A stretch of DNA of 63,205 bases, counting the filler, from Pelomyxa schiedti (lineage: Eukaryota > Protista > Evosea): the NCBI GenBank assembly GCA_020536535.1. It is 6 parts of 6 records of this genome, joined end to end, with 100 filler letters (N's around TTAATTAATTAA, not from the genome) between each part and the next. Parts side by side here need not be neighbours in the genome. Positions count along the whole stretch, not along the records: positions 1 to 18,469 come from JAHLWZ010001117.1; positions 18,570 to 29,976 come from JAHLWZ010000135.1; 4 more parts are not named here. One strand, written 5' to 3'. Positions 12,655 to 22,852 of the stretch are shown in pieces. Every line of letters begins with the position of its first letter. The first letter of the stretch is position 1. Below the pieces are notes generated by a model. It was not told where the DNA came from. It saw only the letters and a program-made list of their open reading frames with translations, and searched no databases. The translations under genes and the position numbers were made by a program.

Positions 12655-14093
12655 TCAAGTCCACAGACCTGACGGGCGTGAGGAGGTCGAGGGAGTTCGG
12701 AATTGTGGGTTGGTTGAATGCTGGCACTTTCGGCCTGTGATGGATTCACAGCCTGGTTGCTTTGTGGTTCCATTGGTTCGGGGACAACTTCAACCTTGAT
12801 ATCAACCGTGGTACTGGCCTTTGAAGGAATACAATGTTAGGAAGTCTAAAAAGGGGCCAAAATGTACCTTGGGAGCTTCTTGAGTGGACCTGGTGGCTTG
12901 GAATTGTGTTACTGCCATTCTGCCTTGAGGGTGTTGGTTCAGTGCGGAGACATTTCCGCACCCATTTCCGTTTGCGTGGTTGACGACAAGTGAGTTCCGG
13001 CTGTTTTGTATTGTCTATTGGGCTGCTGATAGCCGTTGGGTTTGATGGTACTATGCCCGAATTAATTTTGATGTTGCCGTTCTATGTCAGTATTATGAGT
13101 GTAAAAAAGTGATGTATACATTGACGGGAAGCTGTGAAGAAGAGGGAGGATATGCCAGCGGCTGTTTTGCGGGTGTATTCACATGCGCAGCCTCCTTTGC
13201 TTGAGCCTTATTGTCATGTCTCCAGAGGTGCTGGCGTAGAGATTCTATGGCGCCTTTGCGAGATGCAAACTGGCGCCAGCCAGGCCTTTTGTAATATGTG
13301 CATAGAGGGCATGCATAGAGTACATCCTTCTCCATTGGTACAATGGCTTGGGCTCTTCCCCGTGCAGTGATTGTGGGTGAGAGCACAGGCGTATCAATTT
13401 TCAGTTGTCAGCATCTTCGGACTCTGTCTCGGACTCGGACTCAGACTCAGACTCAGACTCTGAGCTAGGGTCACAGGGTTCACTGCTTTCAGTTTGATGC
13501 TGTTGTGTTGAGTCTGGTGCAGGCATGCGAGCTCTGAGCCTCATCACTTTCTTCTTCAACAATGGTGTTGTTGCCTCGTAATCCGAGCTGGAGTCCGAGT
13601 CGCTGGAACTGGATTCTGGTTCCTCTTAAGTCATGGAACTCTGACCAGCTGGAAAGTTTATAAATCTTGCACGAGGGGCACTTGTATGTCGTTCGGCGTT
13701 CAATTGGGACAATTGTCTTTGCTGTCACCCACGGGAGGTGATTTTGTGGCCCTATTTCGGTCGAGAGAGTTAGCGCCACCGCGTGAGAAAAATACTAATA
13801 CTATCAACACACAACACACCGTCCGTATGTTCGACGACATCGCGATGTTTAGGCACGTTGTTCCTTGCGTGGCAACTGGTCGCTTGTCTCGCTTTCCAGG
13901 GCCTGGCTGAGTGTGGCAGCAGAACAAGTGTCTTCTCAACGAATGACTGATGGAACTTCCAACCACTCCTCTTGTAGTTCGAGGTTTTCCTCATTGACCC
14001 TGAAACAAACTGAACACAATACCATGAAATTGGAACGGGAGCTACGTTGACGAAGATCACAGCCCCACAAAAGACGTTGGTACTCGGCACCAA
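12655..14093 (-). pseudogene. Degenerate zinc-finger array gene F (1 intact, 2 damaged fingers; related to gene D)
   Basis: Finger 1 has lost its CxxC (…NYKRSGWKFHQS). Finger 2 is cut after CPSCKIYKLSSWSEF and jumps into the gene-D-like acidic linker with frame disruption. Finger 3 CPLCTYYKRPGW...RQHLWRH is intact. Confidence 0.6.
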
Positions 14094-14252
14094 CGTGGGA
14101 TTTTTTTTACTTGGTTGTTTGGCGAAAGATGCTGACCTTGAGCACTATTTTTAGAAAAGTCTCAACAAATACTTGCAAGGACTTGTTGAACGCAATGACA
14201 CTCTTTGTCTTCACATGAAGAACTCGTTTTACAGAGATTATTTTGTATTGTC

Positions 14253-15659
14253 TCAGACCTGACGAACGTGAGGAGGTCGAGGCAGTTCGGAATTCAGTCT
14301 CGCTGTTGGGGAAGTTGTTATCTTTTGGTGTTGCGGTGATGGAACCACCTGAGGATTGCTGTGTATCATCACCTGGGGTATATCGGTAAAACAGAATGGA
14401 AGGATAGGGCACACCTTGGGCACCTGCAAGGAGGGTGGTGCACACTGGGCCACGCTTACCGGTGCTGATTGTAATCTATGACTGGGAGCGGTGTTCATAG
14501 GAACTGTGTCAAGGGGAGGACATTGTTGTTCGAGCTGTTGGCAAGCTTTGAGCTCCGGGCATTTGATGACGTTGGCTGGGTCAAGGGGGGGCATTGTTGT
14601 TTGGGCTGTTGACATTTGGTGTTGTTTAGTGCTCTGTGTAAATATAACGAGTGTAAAGAGTGAGTAAAACCAAAATGCACATACATCGGCCGGAAGCCTC
14701 ATAGAATTCTCAGGCTCCTTGTTGCAACAACACTGACAATTTCCCCTCAGGTGCTGATACAAGGTTGTAGCGCGCTCTCTGAGTGATCCGTTATGCTGTT
14801 GGGTTCCCTGCAAACAACGTGGCACAACGCCAACTGCGTAAGCTGGAGCCATCAGCACCGCTCTGATCATTGCTACTTTGTCACTGAGTATCGCTTGGGA
14901 GTTCCGGCTGTGACAGAGAGGAGTATTGGTATTAGGTACGGTCGACTGTGGGTATCCCTCTGCATGATAAGTGCTTGTGGTTGACAATTGTCCCGAATCT
15001 AACTGCGAAAAGGTAACAATACTATAAGGTTGGAGGAAAATAAACGCGTGTATCTCCTTTATATTTGGAGCTGGAATGTACGTGGCTCTCCCGTGGCGTG
15101 CTCCCCTTTTGATAACCGCTTCGTATGTGCTTCAGTGGAATGTGACTTTTGTGGATATCTTCATCACCGTGGTGTTGCAAGTGCTGGAACAAGTCGGAGA
15201 CGGCGTGCCCTCTTGATGGGAACTGTGACCAGCCAGGCGTTTTATAGTTTTTACACAGCGGGCATTTGAAAGGAGTATGGCACTCCATTGGTACAATCGC
15301 CTGGGCTCTGTCCCACACAAGATGGTTCGTTTCCCCTTTACGATAATTGAGCAAACACATTCATTGAGAATAACGGGGAGCAAGAAGTGATGTGACAAAG
15401 AAAAAAAAAAAGTGAGTGGAGATATGGGGCACATACAGAGCCTCTGGGGATCTTTTTCACACGCGCAAAGGCTCAATCCGGCTCCCCCAGTTTTTTCCAC
15501 GTGGTTGTTCAAGTGAGAATGCAAGGAATGGACTGCTCCATCTCTTGAACTGTAATAATCCCAGCCGCTCCTCTTGAAATTTGAGCAGATCGGACACTCG
15601 TAAGACACCCCACTGTTTGTAGGAACAACCAACTTGGCCCACGCCCACGTCGTGCTCAT
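14253..15659 (-). CDS. Zinc-finger array gene G (2 fingers; ends SELPRPPHVRQV*)
   Basis: CPICSNFKRSGW...HSHLNNH and CPLCKNYKTPGW...FQHLQHH. The LSDKVAMIRAVL motif is kept although the third finger is missing. Confidence 0.7.
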
Positions 15660-16108
15660 CCTCGCCTCGCTCAAGTTTGCACAACGTGTCAGTTTTGTTC
15701 CTTATTTTCCTGCAATACAGGAAGTAAATAGGCTATTGACACGCAGGCAAGCCGTAGTCGTCATTCAGCGCCCACTAAAAAAATTTGTTTAAAAACTGAA
15801 AATGTGTTTAAAAATGAAAAGACCAAGTCAGCTTTCTTGTTTGCCTGGAGTAGCTAGCAGTGTAAGTGGCACGCATAAAGTTAGTCCCTTTGGGACGATG
15901 TGGGAGAACCTTTGAGTCAGTTTCTTGAGAATTTGATGTTTTGAGTGCTGGTTATATCAACCAAGTTTTTCTTTTCTTTTCAGTATCCTTAGAAATATGT
16001 TCTGAGGTGCGGTGCTAGGTGCGGGCTTGTGTTGGGGAATGCTTTTTTGGAGTTATGTGGCACTTTACAGTGAAGGGGACTGTACCCCTGACTGAGCGGC
16101 ACTAGGGT

Positions 16109-18330
16109 TCAAGTACCCTGGAGGCCACATGTAGCTGGAGTCATCCCAGCTCTGAGAATTGCTACTTTATCACACAGTGTTGACTGGGGGAGGCAACTGC
16201 GAATGGAGTGGAATTGGTGGAGATGTCTTTGTAAGTGGTAGTTGAGACTGACTATGGCCGATTGGCGTGATACAAAGTTGCTCCACCCAGGCCTGGTGTA
16301 CTTTGTGCACAGTGGGCATGTGTAAGGTTCGTCCCTTTGCCTTGGCACAACACCTTTGGCTATCTCGGCTGTTATGTGCGCAGTTCCTATTACGGCCGGG
16401 ACTTGGTTTCCTTCCGCACTGTCATTTGACTCAGAGTTGCAGGGTGCAAGTTGCCTTCTGTCGACAAGATATGTCTGTAAAAAAGGTGAGAACACCAAGT
16501 GGAAGGAAAACAAACAGACGCACATGAACATTGCCTAGCAGTGTTGATGATGTAGCAGCACCTTGTTGTGTTGTTGTGGTGGTAAATTGGGGAGACCGAG
16601 TCTGTTGAGCCAAGTCCTTGTCAATTTGATGTGTTGAGTGACCCGTCCCTTCTGGTGTCCCTGTCTCGGGTAATTCCAACACTCCCGCTCCTAGCCTCAT
16701 TGCTTTGTCCTCCTTCAAGGTTATCTCTCCTTCAGAAGTGTTGGAGCTGGGATTACATGTGGTGTTCGTTGATTTCAAATGTGTGGGTTGCTGTTGTCGA
16801 CGAGAGCGGCGTTTGTGCTTCTGCTCCGGCTTCGACGGAAAGGGTGGAATCTTACTTCTGTGGACATTGTCACTGTGATGTTTGAGGTGATGGAACAGGT
16901 CGGTGACGGCCTGCTTTCTTGACGGGAACTCTGACCAGCCAGACCTCATGTCATAGTCTGAGCACATTGTGCATTTGTATGGTGTATGACACTCAATTGG
17001 AACAATCTCCTTGGCCCACCCCCATACCCGACGATTCAATCGCCCTTTTTGAGAGATTTGAAAAGGAAAAAGTGATCATATTATCATACCCTCACTCTGT
17101 GTGTAGTCACCTTTCTGCGGTAAACTGCTTGGTGTTTTGCCCTTGTAGCCTTGTTTGCCGAATGGTTCAAGCAGCTTGCCGGCAACTTCAGCCTGGTGAT
17201 CAATGGTATCGATCTAGTTTCGGAAAACCTCTCGTTAGAATTTAAAGACAAATGGGCTCAAGGGCAGGAACCTTTGGGGCTTGTGAGGGCAGGGCACACT
17301 GTGTGGCGCTCGGCGTTGATTGGGCTTGGGATGGGTTGTTTGGGGCAATTGGGTCCTGTTCAGAGAGCTGTGCTCTGAGCTGCACCACTTTATCACCCAA
17401 CTTCGTTTGAGGACTTAATATGTTGCCTGTTGCGGTTACGGTCTCGTCTTGGTGGTGGGAATGGAAGTGCCCCTGGAGGGCCGTTATGGCATGTCTGCGA
17501 GATGTGTACTGGTTCCACCCGGTCCTCTCAAATTCTAAACATAGAGGGCATGCATATGGTGTAGTCTCCTTTCTTGGTACGATGGCTTTGGCTCTCAGCC
17601 GTTCTGTTGTTGCAGGGGAGTCTCCCTCCAGTGCGTTGTGGTGTGTATATCTTGTTATTATGCGTGCATCATCTTCAGAGTCAGGCTCACAGGTTATTAT
17701 TGTCTCATCACTGGAGCTGGAGCACGACCCGTCGCAACTGGGCTCGGATTTGTTCGCTGTTACGAAATGGCTGGATTTCCGGGCACGTCTGCATTTGTGG
17801 TTCTGAGGAGATTTGGGCTGAATGTGACTTTTGTGTGTGTTCTCATCTTTTTCACTATGGCGGTAGTGTAAGTGGCTGTACAAGCTAGTGGTGGCATGTG
17901 TTCTTGATGGAAACGCTGCCCAGCCCGACTTGACATATGTTTCACACAGTGGGCATTTGTATGGCGTATGAGGCTCGATTGGTACGATGGCCTCGGCTCT
18001 CTCCCGCATTGATTGATGATTCGGTCCTTCATCAATACAAGAAGAGTAATAACAATAAATCAGACGTGTAGGAGTGAGAAAGCCAAGCATACCCTTCATG
18101 TGTGCGTCATCACATTCCGTCACTTTGTACATTTTGTGTGCGCGAGGGCGGTGCTGTAATCTCTTATCCTGCGGTGTGTGGCGGCAGAAATGCAGGGACA
18201 AGGCGCGTATTGCGTGGCATCTGTCCTCGAAGAAGAGGCGCCACCCTGGCCTGTCGTATGTTTTGCATATGGGACACTCGTACGGCTCATCGGGATTTTC
18301 TGGTATAATCGCTGCCGCTCTCGTTTCCAT
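16109..18330 (-). CDS. Zinc-finger array gene H (5 fingers; parallels gene A; 3' end approximate)
   Basis: ORFs 17242-18330 (3 fingers), 16431-17039 (1) and 16109-16531 (1). Could be two genes. Confidence 0.72.
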
Positions 18331-18410
18331 TCCTTAAATGCGTGAGCGATAAGAAAAGATCTCACGTAACAACCTCCCTCTTCGTATTCGGGTTTTGTGT
18401 ACTGCTGTCA

Positions 18411-18455
18411 TTTCGAAGATCTAACGCGCTGTTAAACGCGACACGCAGGGAAACG
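18411..18455 (-). promoter_or_regulatory. Conserved upstream motif (gene H copy)
   Basis: TTTCGAAGATCTAACGCGCTGTTAAACGCGACACGCAGGGAAACG. Confidence 0.55.
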
Positions 18456-18469
18456 ACGTTGCCAATCGT

Positions 18470-18569
18470 NNNNNNNNNNNNNNNNNNNNNNNNNNNNNNN
18501 NNNNNNNNNNNNNTTAATTAATTAANNNNNNNNNNNNNNNNNNNNNNNNNNNNNNNNNNNNNNNNNNNN
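18470..18569. other. Artificial scaffold spacer (N-TTAATTAATTAA-N); also at 29977-30076, 43638-43737, 55082-55181 and 56402-56501
   Basis: The same six-frame-stop 12-mer is centred in each 100-nt N block. Confidence 0.97.
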
Positions 18570-19996
18570 GAAGAGATCCTTTGGATCACAGAACGAGAAA
18601 ATGTTCAGCCACAGTTCGTGCGGAAGCATCCCGAAAACGTTGCTGAAAAGCTGAAGCCACCACGCATCACCGTGCATCTTTCCTTGTGTGGTTGTGTTGT
18701 GTGTTGCCTATCAGTTGTGGTTCGTGAGTGGATTGGGAAGGAAAGAACCTGATGGTGTGAGAGCACGACCACCTGCCAGGATCAATGAACCAGTCTCTGA
18801 TGAAAGAAGAGTGTGGAATTCACGAACAGGTGGTGTGTTTCCGATCTCAACTCGTGTCCATTCAAATGTCGATCCCAATGTGAGTCTGTGAGTGAATAAT
18901 TTGGAGAATGAGGAAGAAAAGAGAGGGGAATACTTGAACAAAGCCATTGAAGAAGGATTTGCAGGGAGATCACAAGAGCACACAAACATTTCATCACCAA
19001 TCACAGCAGCTGCGTGGCCTCGCATCGGTGGTGGTGTGGTCCCCTGCGTCGCTGGTTGCAGCCACACCTTCGAGGAAATATCTGGGTGTGTGTTGTCATG
19101 TTATATTACCGTCAGGATTGGCATTGAAGAGATTGTTCACCGAAAATCCACACATCGTTGAGCCTCTTCCCGTTCATTGTTCCACCTGTGTGAGGGGTAA
19201 TGGGTGAGTGAGTTATTGTGGGTGAGTTTGATGAGAGGTTCACCAAAGATAATCATGGTTCCGTTGTGGCGAACTGCTGTGTGATGGAATCTCCGGCTTG
19301 GTGTTTGTACTCCCGGTTTGATTGCCACCTGTGTGTATGTGAACGGGGGGTAATTACTGCGAAAAAGGGGTGTCATTGAAAACGCATACCGGAATCCAAG
19401 TTTGAGCAGTCAAGTCATAACAAATCACGTCTACACCTGCAAAACCATCGCAATCATACCTGCATCACACGCATCACTCAAGACTGTTATTTCGGAGGAG
19501 AGTGGAACATACCCTCCAAACACGAACAAGCACTTCGAGAATGAGATCATTGATGAACCATATCGAGGTGAGGGCGCGTATGCACGGTTTCCTTCCGGGA
19601 GAAGTGACCACTCACCTGTGGTCAAATTCAGGCAATGCAACGAGTTTGTGTAACTGTCGCTCCTCCCTGTGTGCGGTGTGAACAGAATGAAGAGATGAAA
19701 AACGAACCTCCAAAGAGGAACATCAGGTTGTCAACGAACCTGTTCGAGATTGAGTCAAATAAGAAACTGAGAGGTGAGTGTTATTGTTATTGCCAGACGT
19801 ACGCGGAAGCAGCGAAAGTCATCCCTTTGTAAACAACAGAGTGCCTCGGGTTCTCGTTGCAAGCTGCGGTACCAGGAGGAATTGGTTGCAACCAACTCCC
19901 GCTCGAATATTCGAACCTCAGAACCTCAGGTGCGGGTGGTGCACCCTCGGCACACATTCCACCAACTGTGAACAGCACGCTTCCACATCGTGATTG
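18570..19996 (-). CDS. Kelch repeat + F-box C-terminal half of a Rac-Kelch-F-box gene (partial; either the end of copy 1 or a fourth paralog/haplotype)
   Basis: Kelch-type blades ([54 protein letters not shown]) and F-box start MLPHELWLNIFSFCDPKDL at the contig edge. Confidence 0.75.
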
Positions 19997-20096
19997 NNNN
20001 NNNNNNNNNNNNNNNNNNNNNNNNNNNNNNNNNNNNNNNNNNNNNNNNNNNNNNNNNNNNNNNNNNNNNNNNNNNNNNNNNNNNNNNNNNNNNNNN

Positions 20097-22400
20097 GTGT
20101 GTGAGGGGTAATGGGTGAGTGAGTTATTGTGGGTGAGTTTGATGAGAGGTTCACCAAAGATGATCATGGTTCCGTTGTGGCGAACTGCTGTGTGATGGAA
20201 TCTCCGGCTTGGTGTTTGTACTCCCGGTTTGATTGCCACCTGTGTGTATGTGTGAACGGGGGGTAATTACTGCGAAAAAGGGGTGTCATTGAAAACGCAC
20301 ACCGGAATCCAACTTTGAGCAGTCAAGTCATAACAAATCACGTCTACACCTGCAAAACCATCGCAATCATACCTGCATAACATCACTCAAGACTGTTATT
20401 TCGGAGGAGAGTGGAACATACCCTCCAAACACGAACAAGCACTTCGCGAATGAGATCATTGATGAACCATAGCGAGGTGAGGGTGCGTATGCACGGTTTC
20501 CTTCTGGAAGAAGTGACCACTCACCTGTGGTCAAATTCAGGCAATGCAACGAGTTTGTATAACTGTTGCTCCTCCCTGTGTGCGGTGTGAACGGAATGAA
20601 GAGATGAAAAACGAACCTCCAAAGAGGAACATCAGGTTGTCAACAAACCTGATCGAGATTGAGTCAAATAAGAAACTGAGAGGTGAGTGTTATTGTTATT
20701 GTCAGACATACGTGGAAGCAGAGAAAGTCATTCCTTTGTAAACAACAGAGTGCCTCGGATTCTCGTTGCAAGCTGTGGTACCAGGAGGAATTGGTTGCAA
20801 CCAACTCCCACTCGAATATTCGAACCTCAGAACCTCAGGTGCGGGTGGTGCACCCTCGGCACACATTCCACCAACTGTGAACAGCACACTTCCACATCGT
20901 GATTGTGTGTGACCGTACCTGTGTGTGTGTGTGTTTGCGTTCGTGAGACACTCCCTGAATTATAAGGAGAGATTACCTCGCAGCCACATCAACGTTGGTG
21001 AAAAGTGGTGACCATGACAGTCGATGAACTGTGGAAGCAGACCTTGATGTTCCAATGAGAGGAGCAACNNNNNNNNNNNNNNNNNNNNNNNNNNNNNNNN
21101 NNNNNNNNNNNNNNNNNNNNNNNNNNNNNNNNNNNNNNNNNNNNNNNNNNNNNNNNNNNNNNNNNNNNACACTCCCTGAATTATAAGGAGAGATTACCTC
21201 GCAGCCACATCAACGTTGGTGAAAAGTGGTGACCATGACAGTCGATGAACTGTGGAAGCAGACCTTGATGTTCCAATGAGAGGAGCAACCGCGTTCCACA
21301 GAGTTCCCTGTTTTTTTTAGAGAGTGAGTTTGTCTGAAGGGTGAGTGTTTACCCATGAAAATGATGAAGCTGATTTCTTTCTTTTCGAGCACGGCATTTC
21401 AGTTGATCCTGTTGTGGCGATCCTGATTGCGAGTGTGAAAAGATCTTGAATGTGATCTCCAGTCAATGAACTGATTTCAATGTACGCTGATGCATGAAGC
21501 TCTCGCGCCATCTGAGGTTAAGATGTCAATTTTTATTAAATCCCTGATCGACCAGGCTTTACCTCAGAGGCCATTTCGAAAGAAACAGGTGTCTGATCGC
21601 GCTCTCTTAGACGCTGAAGGCAAACAGGATCAGTCCTCAAGTCCCGTTTTGTACCAACGATGAGGCGCGGGGCGGTTGGGCAATGAGAAATCTATCCGAA
21701 ATTTTGGGGCAAAAAAGAGGTGCAGGAATGTCTCACCTCACGGAACCACTTGAATGAAAATTAATTTGGTGAATAAAGAACAAAAGGATCTATGGTTGTA
21801 CCTTTGACCGAACGTGCTCTAAAGAGGGAGGTGACACAATCGAAAAACAGACCTTTGGGTGGGTGTCATGACAAAATGAAAACACAACGTGGGAATCAAA
21901 CCAAGAAGAGATCTGTTTGGGGATAGCTCAGTGGTCTCAGTCCGTCATAATCGTTTTGCCCTAAATTTCTGAGTTGAAAATAAAATCGAGCACAAACAAA
22001 AAAAAAAGGAGGTTGTCACACCAGGAGTGTCCCAAAATCCCAAAGTGTACGGCTTGTTCTCAAACATAACATTCACACTTGATACAGTCAATCAAACACG
22101 CTCCCGCCCCTTTTTTTTTACCTGTGAGTATCTAACACCTTAAACTTAACTTGTCAGCAACAAAAAGTAGCCGAAAAACACCACAAGTTCAACTGAAAAA
22201 AAGCGTACATGGGCGATGTGCTCTGCCGCTGGGAAATAGCCCAGAGTGCACTGCATAGTCAGACAAGTCTTGAGCAAAAGTTAAGAACCCGCGAAAGATG
22301 TGAATTGTGGGAGGCGTTGCGTAGAACAACAGTGCAACGTAACGTTACACACTTTCCCCACGGCTCCGTCTCCAACGACAACAATCTTGAGTGCTTGCAT
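20097..22400 (-). CDS. Rac/Rho GTPase-Kelch(-F-box) fusion, copy 1 (divergent switch I/II; interrupted by gaps)
   Basis: Exons [16 protein letters not shown] / TCLTMQCTLGYFPAAEHIAH / VLDTH / ...TLGFWDTPG / [19 protein letters not shown] / ...VGTKRDLR / ...YIEISSLTG, spliced in frame to GTLWNAV and then Kelch exons. Confidence 0.8.
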
Positions 22401-22852
22401 TCGTGCCTCCTCGTCTGCCCTCCTCCGAGCTCCGCAACCGGTTTTCGCTTTTTATGATGAACAAGCCGGCTGTGTGGGGTGATTACTGCGAAAAAGGGGT
22501 CACTGAATCCAAGTTTGCGCAGTCTAGTCATAACAAGTAACATCCTCAGGGGGAGGGGTATAACACACCAGTACCATAATACCGCACTGTATGGTTTGTC
22601 CTCAAAAGAAATACAGTAACACTTCATGCAGTCACAACCTCAATTGTAAACTCGTTTGTTTTTTTACCTTGTATTATTAATAATAACACAATATTATTAA
22701 ATTAAATGCACGTCTAGCAGAGAGAAAAACCGGGAACGGGTTAATTGTGGGAAGGCTATTTAAACACACTTTTCCCACACCTCCATCCCAACAGCCACCA
22801 TCTTTGATTGCTGCATTGTGTTAGCGATCACATCTGTTTCTTCGAACTTCAG

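Noticed and set aside
18514-18525. Recurrent TTAATTAATTAA palindrome-like motif (5 copies)
   Set aside because: Always centred in a 100-nt N block; it is an artificial six-frame-stop linker between scaffolds.
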